DNA from: Eggerthellaceae bacterium UBA3686
Lineage (GTDB): Bacteria > Actinomycetota > Coriobacteriia > Coriobacteriales > Eggerthellaceae
Reading direction: 5' to 3'
NCBI GenBank assembly: GCA_002371495.1
Contig: DFIX01000019.1
Span: 30,207 to 94,206 of the forward strand
DNA: 64,000 bases
Shown: piece after piece, positions 17,048 through 26,416 of the stretch
Layout: the number at the start of each line of letters is the position of its first letter
Numbering within the stretch: position 1 is the stretch's first letter
The notes under the pieces: generated by a model
What the model saw: the letters and a program-made list of their open reading frames with translations, nothing else
Database searches by the model: none
What the model was told of the DNA's origin: nothing
Program-made: the position numbers and the translations under genes

Positions 17048-17158
17048 GCGAAAGCGCAGGTGGCAGCACGTGTTCGCTTGGCTTCGGCTTAACCTATATG
17101 GATTATCAGGAACAGTGCCTGCAGAATCGCTCACACATGCTGCCACCTGCGCTTTCGC
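17048..17158 (+). repeat. intergenic hairpin repeat, full copy C1 (orientation A)
   Basis: Outer arms GCGAAAGCGCAGGTGGCAGC (17048-17067) and GCTGCCACCTGCGCTTTCGC (17139-17158). Core: CGCTTGGCTTCGGCTTAACCTATATGGATTATCAGGAACAGTGCCTGCAGAATCGC. Confidence 0.9.
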
Positions 17159-17264
17159 TTGCGCTACAGTTTGGGATTAAGAACTGTGTCGGCGAGACCT
17201 CCGTTTGGTGAGGAGCTCATCGAGTTATGCGGGACAGTCACCGAATGTCCTTTCAGACAATGAA

Positions 17265-17374
17265 GCGTTTCCGCAGGCGGGGGCGTGACTCCGGCGATTC
17301 TGCAGCCACTGTTCCTGTCATTCACATAGGTTAGGCGAAGCCAAGCCGGAGCGCGCTCCCGCCTGCGGAAACGC
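17265..17374 (-). repeat. intergenic hairpin repeat, full copy C2 (orientation B)
   Basis: Arms GCGTTTCCGCAGGCGGG and CCCGCCTGCGGAAACGC. Contains GCGATTCTGCAGCCACTGTTCCTG...CATAGGTTAGGCGAAGCCAAGC, the reverse complement of the C1 core. Confidence 0.9.
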
Positions 17375-17428
17375 GGCGGGATGGCAGAAAAGAGAGTCTA
17401 GCCATAACGTCGTTTCAGGTAGAGCTTG

Positions 17429-18028
17429 CTACAGCGCTTGCTTGATGGCAGCCAGCAGATCGTCGAACTCCTCGAATGCCGCAAGCTCGGGGTGCTCGGC
17501 GCGAATGGCGTCGGTGCTGCGGAACAGGAAGCCTGCCTTCGACGCCAGGATCATGCCCAGATCGTTGTGGCTGTCGCCTGCGGCGATGGTTTCGAATCCC
17601 ATAGCCTGCAGCCCCTTGACCGTCGTGAGCTTCGACTGCTCGCAGCGCATATGGTAGCCGGTAATCGTGCCGTCATCGGCAACTTCGAGCGAGTTGCAGA
17701 ACAACGTCGGCCAGCCGAGCTTCTTCATGAGCGGCTGCGCGAACTGCTCGAAGGTGTCGGAAAGGATGATGGCCTGCGTAGTGGCGCGCAGCTCGTCGAG
17801 GAACTCGCGAGCGCCCGGCAACGGGTCGATCGTCGCGATGACTTCCTGAATCTGCGGAAGACCCAAGCCGTGTTCGTGCAGAATGCCCAGGCGAAACTTC
17901 ATCAGCTTGTCGTAATCGGGCTCGTCGCGCGTCGTGCGCCGCAGCTCGGGTATGCCCGTGGCCTCGGAAAAGGCTATCCAAATCTCGGGTACCAACACGC
18001 CTTCCATATCGAGACACACGATGTTCAC
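17429..18028 (-). CDS. thrH: phosphoserine phosphatase / homoserine phosphotransferase (HAD family, ThrH type)
   Basis: MNIVCLDMEGVLVPEIWIAFSEATGI...ILSDTF...AAGDSHND is closely collinear with Pseudomonas ThrH as I remember it. Confidence 0.8.
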   Translation of the reverse strand: MNIVCLDMEGVLVPEIWIAFSEATGIPELRRTTRDEPDYDKLMKFRLGILHEHGLGLPQIQEVIATIDPLPGAREFLDELRATTQAIILSDTFEQFAQPLMKKLGWPTLFCNSLEVADDGTITGYHMRCEQSKLTTVKGLQAMGFETIAAGDSHNDLGMILASKAGFLFRSTDAIRAEHPELAAFEEFDDLLAAIKQAL

Positions 18029-18157
18029 GACTACCTCCTTCTACGGTGCTTTCCTTACGCATAGATTACAATATTGACGTGGCTGCTGCCACGAATTTAA
18101 CCTTGCCTTTGCAAATACGATTTTGCGGATAACCTCCGCAAGCAGAACGGAGCGACC

Positions 18158-18577
18158 ATGTACGGATTGCAGACCGAAGCAGCATTTGATTCCGCCCATT
18201 TCCTCACCGATTACTACGGCAAGTGCGAGAACCTCCACGGTCACCGCTGGCGCGTCGTCGTCGACCTCGCGCAACCCGAGCTTCAGACCGAGGGAACCAT
18301 GAAAGACATGGTGCTCGATTTCGGCGTCTTCAAGAAGGCCGTGCGGGCAGAAGCAGACCTCCTCGACCACACTTTCCTCGTTGAAGAGGGCTCTCTTAAA
18401 CCCGAGACGATCGCCTGCCTTGAATCCGAGGGTTTTAGCCTGACGGTGCTGCCTTTCCGCACCACGGCCGAAAACCTCGCCCGCTACCTCTTCGACCGCT
18501 TGACCGACCAAGGGTTGCCCATCGCTCAGGTCGAAGTTGACGAAACCCCCAACAACCGCGCCTTTTACCGCGCATAA
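18158..18577 (+). CDS. queD: 6-carboxy-5,6,7,8-tetrahydropterin synthase
   Basis: 139 aa. AAFDSAHFLTDYYGKCENLHGHRWRV contains the PTPS/QueD Cys and His-x-His zinc motif. Confidence 0.85.
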   Translation: MYGLQTEAAFDSAHFLTDYYGKCENLHGHRWRVVVDLAQPELQTEGTMKDMVLDFGVFKKAVRAEADLLDHTFLVEEGSLKPETIACLESEGFSLTVLPFRTTAENLARYLFDRLTDQGLPIAQVEVDETPNNRAFYRA

Positions 18578-18583
18578 GGGCTC

Positions 18584-18619
18584 AGCCAAGCCAAAGCGCG
18601 CCGCTGTCTGCGGAAACGC
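18584..18619 (-). repeat. truncated copy (one end only) of the hairpin repeat
   Basis: AGCCAAGCCAAAGCGCGCCGCTGTCTGCGGAAACGC matches the right end of orientation-B copies. It begins 7 nt after the queD stop. Confidence 0.7.
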
Positions 18620-18682
18620 AACGGGAAACAGCAATGATTACCTCGACGCCCAGACGCAGGGATCGGCGCCGCTTCCAAACCC

Positions 18683-19603
18683 TTACGCGAGCTCGACGTA
18701 GTCGGTTTTCTTGGCAGCTATGCGGACGTTGACTTCCTGGTTCTTCAGCGAGACACGGCTGTGGGGCGGCACGGATTCGGTCAAGAAGGCGCTGCCGGCG
18801 ATGACCGACCCCTCCCCTACGACCGTATCGCCGCCGAGCACGCAGGCGTTGGCGTAGATGGTGACCTTGTCCTCGATGGTCGGGTGGCGACGCACACCGG
18901 CCAGACGCTGTCCTCCGCGCGTCGAGAGGGCGCCCAACGTCACACCCTGGTAAATCTTTACGTAGTTGCCGATCTTGGTGGTTTCGCCGATGACGACGCC
19001 GGTTGCGTGGTCGATGAAGAAATACTCGCCGATTTCGGCGCCTGCATTGATGTCGACGCCGGTACGGCTGTGGGCGTACTCGGTCATGATGCGCGGAATC
19101 AGCGGAACGTCGAGCTGGTACAGCTCGTGCGCGATTCGGTACACCCAGATGGCGAAAAAGCCCGGATACGAGTAGATGACCTCTTCCTTCGACTGCGCCG
19201 CAGGGTCGCCGTCGAATGCAGCCTGAATGTCTTTGTGGAGCATCTTCTGAATGGCGGGCAACTTGCACATCATCTTTTCGCAGACCTCGCGCGAGCGCTC
19301 TTCGATGGCCTCCGCGTCGACTGAACCCCCGTCGCGGAAGCTGAACGCAAGGCAGACCTGCGAGTAGAGCTTCTCTTCGACCTGCAGCACCGTGTTGCCG
19401 ATAAAGTACTTGGCATCGACCGACGTCTGCGCGCCATCGGTGAAATAGCCCGGGAACATGATATTTCGGACGTCCTTCAGGATGGCAATGATGGCGTTGC
19501 GGCTTGGCATGCGGCGCTCAGGCGTCGTGAAGAAGATCTCGTCGCTCGATTCGTACATGCCCTTGATCTCGTCGATGATGTCGTGCAGATCGCATTTTTT
19601 CAT
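18683..19603 (-). CDS. cysE: serine O-acetyltransferase
   Basis: Hexapeptide-repeat core GVDINAGAEIGEYFFIDHATGVVIGETTKIGNYVKIYQGVTLG. Start ATG 19603 is preceded by GAGGTG (track ORF to 19624). Confidence 0.85.
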   Translation of the reverse strand: MKKCDLHDIIDEIKGMYESSDEIFFTTPERRMPSRNAIIAILKDVRNIMFPGYFTDGAQTSVDAKYFIGNTVLQVEEKLYSQVCLAFSFRDGGSVDAEAIEERSREVCEKMMCKLPAIQKMLHKDIQAAFDGDPAAQSKEEVIYSYPGFFAIWVYRIAHELYQLDVPLIPRIMTEYAHSRTGVDINAGAEIGEYFFIDHATGVVIGETTKIGNYVKIYQGVTLGALSTRGGQRLAGVRRHPTIEDKVTIYANACVLGGDTVVGEGSVIAGSAFLTESVPPHSRVSLKNQEVNVRIAAKKTDYVELA

Positions 19604-19659
19604 TGGTGCACCTCGCGGCTTCAATCGGGGCCCGAGTCGTGTCGGGCGCGGCTGACCGG

Positions 19660-21207
19660 TTATTTCATGCCCATTATCGTACGCACGAGCACGTTGTAGC
19701 GCGTAGAAGGCTCTTTCGGCATCTGACTATCGGGTCGAGCGCACACGCTTGCCCTGCTTGCTATGGTTATGGCGGGCGGAGCCTGGATGCGCTTGAAGGA
19801 CGCGCGCGAAATCGACCCCGCGACCCACTGCAGATCGGCTAAAAACGCCTGCGGATCATCGAGGCCGTAGTAGCCTACCCACGGACCGGCCTCGGTGTCG
19901 GCAAGTCGCGTGTCTAGGTAGTTCTGCATGATGTCGCAGCATGCCGCATCGAGGCTGCGCGGGCGCAAAAGCCCATCGCCCAGCAAGCGCGACACGAGCC
20001 AGTCGTGGTAGAACCATTTCATGGGATCGCGTTGCCCGTTCGCGAGCTCAGCCGAGGGGGGCGTTTCCCATACAAGACCGCGTTCGGTCTGCGTTGGCAA
20101 GAGGTTGCTGGGCACGACTTCGGACCCGGTTCGCTCGTTTACGCGACGCGCCAGGTCAAAGAGCTGCACTTTCGTCAAATCGCCTATGGGCGCCAGAGCA
20201 CCGATGGCATCGCCGTACAGCGTTGCATAGCCGAGCGCGCACTCCACGCGGTTTCCGTTGTTCACAACCACGCCGTTTTCGATAGCGGCAAAGGTAGAAA
20301 GCAGGTTTCCGCGAGTGCGGGCCTGCACGTTCTCGAGGATGACGCCCTTCAGGACATCGGTCCCATAGCCGTACTGCAGAAGCGTGTTGCCGAGCGAGAC
20401 AACCAAATCCTCGATGACGCCGTTGCGCAGCGCAATGCCGAGCGCGCTCGCGAGCTGGGCGGCATTCGATTTCGTGGCTTCGGAATTGTAGCGCGTAGCC
20501 ATGTTATAGCCAACAACACGCTCGGGACCCAGGGCAAGGGACAAAAGGCTGGCGGTGATGCTGCTGTCCAGGCCGCCCGAGAGCCCGACGATCCATTTGG
20601 GGCCGAATGGCAGCACGTACGCATCGAAGCGCCTGATCGTCTGCACGAGGCACTCGAGAAGCTTTTCTCCCGGTGGCAGTGTTTGCGCCGCAGGCTCTGA
20701 TTCGGGTGCAGCCGAGAAGTCGACGAGCCGGAATTCCTCTTGGAAGTCGTCGCGCAAACGCATGGTCACCTGCCCGGCGCCGTCGACGACCGAGGAGCCC
20801 CCGTCGAATGCGAGCACCTTCTTGCCCTCCTCGCGCATACCGACGGGCCGCACGACGATGCTGCGCGCCGGCAGCATTCGCTCGTCGGGCATGACCGTAT
20901 ACGGCCGTAAGTCGGCGACGATGCTGAAGTCGCAGCCTTCGCACGCACGCCCGATGCCGATGCGGTACGTCTCGCCGCAAGCATCAAGCACCACCACGTT
21001 GCCGGCAACGTCGATGCGCGAGTCGTTAAGCCCGATAATGCGCACGTCGGACTCGTCGGTCAGCGAGTTGGGCACGACGAGGGCATCGGCCGAGACGTCG
21101 AGCGCGCGCTCGACCATACGGTCGCATGCGGCTTCGTTTCGCGAGGGCTGGCCCTCGACAATTTCGACTTGACCGATGCCGATCTTCAATTTGGAAAGGT
21201 CGCCCAT
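19660..21207 (-). CDS. nadE: NAD+ synthase with a shortened N-terminal CN-hydrolase-like domain
   Basis: PP-loop motif GLSGGLDSS and a conserved synthetase core. The N-terminal ~190 aa resemble a truncated glutaminase domain. Confidence 0.85.
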   Translation of the reverse strand: MGDLSKLKIGIGQVEIVEGQPSRNEAACDRMVERALDVSADALVVPNSLTDESDVRIIGLNDSRIDVAGNVVVLDACGETYRIGIGRACEGCDFSIVADLRPYTVMPDERMLPARSIVVRPVGMREEGKKVLAFDGGSSVVDGAGQVTMRLRDDFQEEFRLVDFSAAPESEPAAQTLPPGEKLLECLVQTIRRFDAYVLPFGPKWIVGLSGGLDSSITASLLSLALGPERVVGYNMATRYNSEATKSNAAQLASALGIALRNGVIEDLVVSLGNTLLQYGYGTDVLKGVILENVQARTRGNLLSTFAAIENGVVVNNGNRVECALGYATLYGDAIGALAPIGDLTKVQLFDLARRVNERTGSEVVPSNLLPTQTERGLVWETPPSAELANGQRDPMKWFYHDWLVSRLLGDGLLRPRSLDAACCDIMQNYLDTRLADTEAGPWVGYYGLDDPQAFLADLQWVAGSISRASFKRIQAPPAITIASRASVCARPDSQMPKEPSTRYNVLVRTIMGMK

Positions 21208-22749
21208 CTAGCGCCTCCTGCCGCTCTGGAACTTCAGGCGCTGAGTCACGTACTCGCGAACGAGCAGGATCAGCAAGATGCTCATGACAATCAGATAGCC
21301 CACCACGGCACCCTCGAGCTTCATCATCGTGGTCATGAGGATGAGCACCAGAAGCGAGAACCCGAACGTGATGAGGTACAAGCCCAGCACCACCTGCTGG
21401 CGGCGCAGGATCGTTATGACCTGGTAGAGGAAGTCGATTGCCGCAGTCACGCCGCCGGCAGCGAGCATGATAAACGACAGCTGCTTCATAGGTGCAAAGT
21501 CAAGGCCGTACATGAAGCTCATAATGGGAATGCCGACCCAGTTCATGAACAGTATGCCGACGACCGTGATGCCCACGATGAGCACCATCATGGCTATGAT
21601 CACCATGTCGAAGCGCGCGCGGCGCGACTCGTCCGCCCAAACGTTCGCGAGTTTGACGAGCAGGGGCTTGTAGATCATCCCGACTGTGATGAGAATCGCC
21701 TGCGCCGGGAAGTACAGCGCGTTGAAATAAAGCTGGTTATCGTAGGGCAACGAAGCACCCTGCATGACGAACTTGGGCATGTTGTCGACGAGCGCGTACA
21801 GGAAAAGCGCCGCGAATACGGGAAAGCATTCCGTGAACAGGAGCTTGACCGAGAGCATGTTGGGCGCCGACGAGCGCGGGGTCTCGAACATGGTCAGCGG
21901 GAACGTTGCGAACGCAAGCGTGCATGCGGCGGCGATCGCCATGGCGACGGCCGCTATGCCCAAATCGCCGGTGATGAGCAATGCGACCGTGAAGAGCAGA
22001 AACGCCGCGACCGAGCGCAACGTCAACGAGATGCCGCCTAAATAGAGCTTGTCGACCTGCTGCAAACGGCCCTCGTACACCTCGCCGAGCGCATCGATGG
22101 CCTTGAACGTGAACACGCCCATGCTCATGACGAACATCTCGCCCGTATAGCCCAGGGCATTGCAGATAACGAGCCCGATAAGCAGCATCACAAGGCACGT
22201 GGCCGCACGGTTTATTTGGTAGTCGGCAAACGAATGGTACTCGTCGAGGTCCGATACCTGGTACGTGCGCACGCCGTAGCTCGCCAGTATGTAGAGCAGG
22301 TTGGCGATGACGAAGGCGAACGAGAACATGCCGGCTCGCTCGACGCCGGCCAGCCACGTGACGACGATGGTCAGAAACGGGAAAACCATGCCCCATGCCG
22401 CGAACCCGATGGTGTTCCATACGAAATCGCGCGACGTACGGCCCGATGCATACTCCTCGTCCTGTCCGGCCAAGTTGCCTTCCGACACAGCGCCGACGAG
22501 CCGGTCGAACCAGTCGTTTATGAACTTGCGGACCGGGTTCTGCTTGCGCGGGCGGTCGGCGAACACCGATTCGCGAACCTCTTCCTCGGCTTGGACGGCG
22601 CCCCGCATCGAACGGCCGCGGTCGTGCACGCTTCCGCTGTCGCGCACCGTGGCGTCGGCCATCTGGTAGCGCGAAGACGACCGAGTGCGTACGGCACCGC
22701 GATGCGCGGCGTTCGCATCGGTTCTGCTTTTCCTTACTTCCCTTGCCAT
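21208..22749 (-). CDS. polytopic membrane protein, MOP/Wzx-like oligosaccharide flippase family; N-terminal basic extension, start uncertain
   Basis: About 12-14 hydrophobic segments. The stop abuts the nadE start (21207/21208). The first ~90 aa are Arg-rich and may be upstream of the true start. Confidence 0.55.
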   Translation of the reverse strand: MAREVRKSRTDANAAHRGAVRTRSSSRYQMADATVRDSGSVHDRGRSMRGAVQAEEEVRESVFADRPRKQNPVRKFINDWFDRLVGAVSEGNLAGQDEEYASGRTSRDFVWNTIGFAAWGMVFPFLTIVVTWLAGVERAGMFSFAFVIANLLYILASYGVRTYQVSDLDEYHSFADYQINRAATCLVMLLIGLVICNALGYTGEMFVMSMGVFTFKAIDALGEVYEGRLQQVDKLYLGGISLTLRSVAAFLLFTVALLITGDLGIAAVAMAIAAACTLAFATFPLTMFETPRSSAPNMLSVKLLFTECFPVFAALFLYALVDNMPKFVMQGASLPYDNQLYFNALYFPAQAILITVGMIYKPLLVKLANVWADESRRARFDMVIIAMMVLIVGITVVGILFMNWVGIPIMSFMYGLDFAPMKQLSFIMLAAGGVTAAIDFLYQVITILRRQQVVLGLYLITFGFSLLVLILMTTMMKLEGAVVGYLIVMSILLILLVREYVTQRLKFQSGRRR

Positions 22750-22767
22750 TCGATCGGATGCGCCCTG

Positions 22768-23193
22768 CTATTCGGCCTCGAGCAGCTCGATCTCGAACGT
22801 CAGGTCCTTACCTGCCAGCTCGTGGTTCATGTCGAAGGTGATGGTCTCGTCGTCTTTGGCCACGACCACGCAGGGCACGGGACGCCCATCGGGGGTCGCA
22901 AGGACGGGGTGCTGGCCGACCTTCAGCTTCTCGGAGCCCGGTAGAGCCTCGAATTGCATCTTGATGATCATCTTTGGGTCGACTTCGCCATAAGCCTCTG
23001 CGGCGGGGATGACCACCGTGATGGTCTGGCCGACCTCCATGTCGCGCACGGCGTTGTCGAAGCCTGGAATCATCTGGCCGCCCATGCAGGTAAACGCAAG
23101 CGGCTCGCCGCGGTCGCGCGACGAGTCGAACTTTGTCCCATCGGCCAGCGTGCCGACGTAATGCACCTTGACCTTCTTGCCTTCGTTGCTCAT
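22768..23193 (-). CDS. FKBP-type peptidyl-prolyl isomerase, SlyD-like (second copy)
   Basis: KVKVHYVGTLADGTKFDSSRDRGEPLAF...MIPGFDNAV...FDMNHELAGKDLTFEIELLEAE. Confidence 0.85.
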   Translation of the reverse strand: MSNEGKKVKVHYVGTLADGTKFDSSRDRGEPLAFTCMGGQMIPGFDNAVRDMEVGQTITVVIPAAEAYGEVDPKMIIKMQFEALPGSEKLKVGQHPVLATPDGRPVPCVVVAKDDETITFDMNHELAGKDLTFEIELLEAE

Positions 23194-23291
23194 GAAAGCT
23201 CCTCGTGTTTCGAAAACCGATTAGTTCGAAGCAAAAGTCTACTACACCCCAGCAGCCAAGACCCGATTCTTAATGAAAAGCACCAATGCAA

Positions 23292-23324
23292 AGCGAGCAC
23301 TTCGCCCTGGGCGAAGTGCTCGCT
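23292..23324 (-). terminator. 15-bp stem hairpin downstream of the ACT-domain gene
   Basis: AGCGAGCACTTCGCC-CTG-GGCGAAGTGCTCGCT. On the minus strand it is followed by TTGCATT. Confidence 0.5.
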
Positions 23325-23428
23325 CGCTTGATTGCCTTGCATGAACGCTTTTTCCTCGAACAACAGGGGCGCTCAAATGTATGGCGACGAGCTACACTCC
23401 CACCGCCATACAAACGTCGCATCCGAGG

Positions 23429-23857
23429 TTAGGCGATGTCTTCCTGCTTGAGCAGCTTGAAGCCTGCCTCCTCGATGGCCTTGGCAGCCGCGGAAGCCTC
23501 TTCGGCACCGCTGATCTTCAGCACATCGCAGGCCATATCGCCGTTTATCGAGAAGCAGTAGCCGTACTCGATGTTCTGATCCAGCTCGTCGAGCGTGGCG
23601 AGCAGGCGCGCCAAGCCGCCCGGCTCGTTGGGCACGCCGATGGCAGCCACTTTCGTCGAGATGGCACGGTAGTCGGCCGCGTTCAGCACGTCGAGTGCGC
23701 GCGCCGGGTCGTCGCAGATGATGCGCACGACGCCGTAGTCGGTCGTGTCGGCGATCACGAGCGATTTCATGTTGATGTTCGCCCATGCGAGCGTGCGGCA
23801 CAGCGCCGCCAGGCGGCCTTCGGAATTCTCGAGGAATACGGTAATCTGATCAATCAT
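23429..23857 (-). CDS. ACT-domain protein
   Basis: 142 aa with two ACT-like halves (ITVFLENSEGRLAALCRTL... and VAAIGVPNEPGGLARLLATL...). Immediately downstream of the PaaK-like ligase, a frequent pairing. Confidence 0.75.
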   Translation of the reverse strand: MIDQITVFLENSEGRLAALCRTLAWANINMKSLVIADTTDYGVVRIICDDPARALDVLNAADYRAISTKVAAIGVPNEPGGLARLLATLDELDQNIEYGYCFSINGDMACDVLKISGAEEASAAAKAIEEAGFKLLKQEDIA

Positions 23858-23858
23858 G

Positions 23859-25166
23859 CTAGTTCACTCCTTCGCGCAGGTCGATGACGCGCTTGGCCTT
23901 GCCTTCCGAGCGCGGAATCGACTTCGGCTCGACGATCCTGACCTTGATGCCGACGGACAACGCCGCTTTGAGCTTGGCCTCGAGCGCTTTCTGCAGGCCT
24001 TCAATCTGACGGATCTCGTCGAAGTCGAAGCCCTGTTCCATTTCGACTTTCAGCGTGACGCGGTCGAGGTGGGCGACCGTCGTGAGCTCGACCTGGTACC
24101 AGCTCGACAGCTCGGGCATCGTCTTCATGACGTCCTCGATCTGCGACGGGAAGACGTTGACGCCGCGGATGATGAGCATGTCGTCGGTGCGGCCGTGCAG
24201 GCGGTCGATGCGCCTGTGCGTGCGCCCGCAAGCACACTCGCCGGGGATGATGCGCGTGATGTCGCGCGTGCGGTAGCGCACCACGGGCGTCGCCTCGCGG
24301 TCGGTCGTGGTCAGCACGAGCTCGCCCCACTCGCCGTCGGGCAGCACTTCTCCGGTCTCGGGATCGATGATCTCGGCGAAGAAATGGTCCTCGGCCAGGT
24401 GAAGGCCGTTCTGCTCCATGCACTCGATTGCCACGCCCGGGCCCATCGTCTCGGTCAGGCCGTACACGTCGAGCACCTTGTAGCTGAGCTTTTTCTCGAG
24501 GTCGGCGCGGAAATTGTCGCTGAATGCCTCGGCGCCGTGAATGCCGACGCGCAGCTTGAAGTCCTTGGCCGGATCGAGCCCCATGGCGATGGCCGTATCG
24601 GCGATGTGCATGGCATATGACGGTGTGCAGCACAGGATGGTCGAGCCCATCTCGCGCAGGATGCGGATCTGGCGCTCGGTATTGCCCGCGCTCATGGGAA
24701 TGGTGGTGCATCCGGCCGAAACGCCGCCGTAATGGGCGCCCAAGCCGCCGGTGAACAGGCCGTAGCCATAGCACACATGCATGATGTCATCTTCGCCGCC
24801 GTCGGCGTACTCAACGCCACGCGCAAAGCAATCGCCCCAAATCTCGAGGTCATGCTCGGTGTATCCGCCCACGGTAGCCACACCGGTCGTGCCGGACGAC
24901 ATATGGATCTCACGCACGTCCTTCATCGGCACGGCGAACATCTTAAACGGATAGTTATCGCGCAGGTCCTGCTTGGTAGTAAACGGAGCCTTGGCAATAT
25001 CGGCGAGGGTTTCAACGGAATACGGATCGAAACCGGCTTCGTCAAAGCGCTCTTTGTAAAACGGTACGTTCTCGTAGCAAGTGACGAGTGTCTTCTTGAC
25101 CCCCTCGAACTGAAGCGCTTCGATCTGGTCATGAGGCAACGTCAGAATGTCCTTCTTTTCGGTCAT
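23859..25166 (-). CDS. paaK: phenylacetate-CoA ligase family (PaaK / coenzyme F390 synthetase-like)
   Basis: PFYKERFDEAGFDP...TKQDLRDNYPF...IHMSSGTTG. ATG 25166 is preceded by AAAGGTG (track ORF to 25181). Confidence 0.85.
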   Translation of the reverse strand: MTEKKDILTLPHDQIEALQFEGVKKTLVTCYENVPFYKERFDEAGFDPYSVETLADIAKAPFTTKQDLRDNYPFKMFAVPMKDVREIHMSSGTTGVATVGGYTEHDLEIWGDCFARGVEYADGGEDDIMHVCYGYGLFTGGLGAHYGGVSAGCTTIPMSAGNTERQIRILREMGSTILCCTPSYAMHIADTAIAMGLDPAKDFKLRVGIHGAEAFSDNFRADLEKKLSYKVLDVYGLTETMGPGVAIECMEQNGLHLAEDHFFAEIIDPETGEVLPDGEWGELVLTTTDREATPVVRYRTRDITRIIPGECACGRTHRRIDRLHGRTDDMLIIRGVNVFPSQIEDVMKTMPELSSWYQVELTTVAHLDRVTLKVEMEQGFDFDEIRQIEGLQKALEAKLKAALSVGIKVRIVEPKSIPRSEGKAKRVIDLREGVN

Positions 25167-25400
25167 CCGCACACCTTTCATGATTGCCCAGGGCGCGTAC
25201 TACCCTGGTTCCACAATTTACGCGAGGCGTATCATACCTCAGAAAACAAACCGCTCCAACGTGGTAAAGCGATTGTTAACGACATTTAGCATTATTTATT
25301 GGTGTTTATCATCGTAATTCAAATAACTCCAGCGCAAAACGAGCCACAGGAGTACCCATGGCTCGTTCCTTCACTCAGTGCACGTTATTTGAGCGTTTCC

Positions 25401-26360
25401 CTACTGCTGCTCCTCAGCTTGCGGCTGCACGGCGGGAGCGTCGGTCACAACTTCCTTCAGCGCGGCGGCGACGCCGGCGAGGCCCTGCATATCGGAAGGG
25501 ATGATGAGCTTGGTGGCCTGCCCACGCGACACTTCCTTCAGGGCTTCGAACGACTGCAGGGTCAGAACCGCGTTGTCCGCGCCGGCCTCTCGCACCATGC
25601 GGATGCCGTCGGCGGTCGCCTGCTGGACGTTGCGAATTGCTTCAGCCTCGCCTTGAGCGTCGAGGATCTGGCGCTGCTTCTCGGCTTCGGCTGCCAGAAT
25701 GACCGTCTGCTTGCGCGCCTCGGCAGCCAGAATCTGGGCCTGCTTGTTGCCCTCGGCGATGGTGATGGCGCTCTGCTTCTGGCCTTCGGCGAGCAGGACC
25801 GCCTCGCGCTTCTCGCGCTCGGCCTTCATCTGCTTTTCCATCGCTTCCTGAATCTGACGCGGCGGGGTGATGTTCTTGACCTCGACGCGATTGACCTTTA
25901 TGCCCCATGCGTCCGTCGCCTCGTCGAGGATCGAGCGCATTTGGGCGTTGATGGTATCGCGGCTGACGAGCGTCGTGTCGAGGTCCATGTCGCCGATGAT
26001 GTTGCGCAGCGTCGTGGCGGTCAGGTTCTCGATGGCCATGATGGGATTCTCGACGCCGTAGCAGTACAGGCGCGGATCCATGACTTTGTAGAAGATGACC
26101 GAGTCGATCGACATCGTGACGTTGTCCTTGGTGATGACGGGCTGCGGCGGGAAATCAGCAACCTGTTCCTTCAACGAGATGTGCGCACGGATGTGGTCGA
26201 TGAAGGGTACTTTCACGTGAAGGCCGTTGCCCCAGGTGGTCAGGTATGACCCAAGGCGCTCGACAACCATGGTTTCGGCCTGCGGAACTATTTTGATGCA
26301 CGAGAGGCATACGAACACGACTATGGCGATGACAACGATGATGGGTACGAGTGCAAACAT
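25401..26360 (-). CDS. SPFH/band-7 (stomatin-like) protein
   Basis: N-terminal TM segment, then IKIVPQAETMVVERLG...; coiled-coil A/E/Q-rich C-terminus. AGGAGG lies upstream of the ATG. Confidence 0.9.
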   Translation of the reverse strand: MFALVPIIVVIAIVVFVCLSCIKIVPQAETMVVERLGSYLTTWGNGLHVKVPFIDHIRAHISLKEQVADFPPQPVITKDNVTMSIDSVIFYKVMDPRLYCYGVENPIMAIENLTATTLRNIIGDMDLDTTLVSRDTINAQMRSILDEATDAWGIKVNRVEVKNITPPRQIQEAMEKQMKAEREKREAVLLAEGQKQSAITIAEGNKQAQILAAEARKQTVILAAEAEKQRQILDAQGEAEAIRNVQQATADGIRMVREAGADNAVLTLQSFEALKEVSRGQATKLIIPSDMQGLAGVAAALKEVVTDAPAVQPQAEEQQ

Positions 26361-26416
26361 GAAAACCTCCTATCGGCTGCTTTTGGCGGTATTGGCGACT
26401 TGCCGACGCGCGGGCC

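Noticed and set aside
18029-18157. Possible preQ1 riboswitch upstream of queD.
   Set aside because: The leader has one hairpin (TTGCGGA-TAACC-TCCGCAA). It lacks the conserved preQ1-I loop and the A-rich tail as I remember them.
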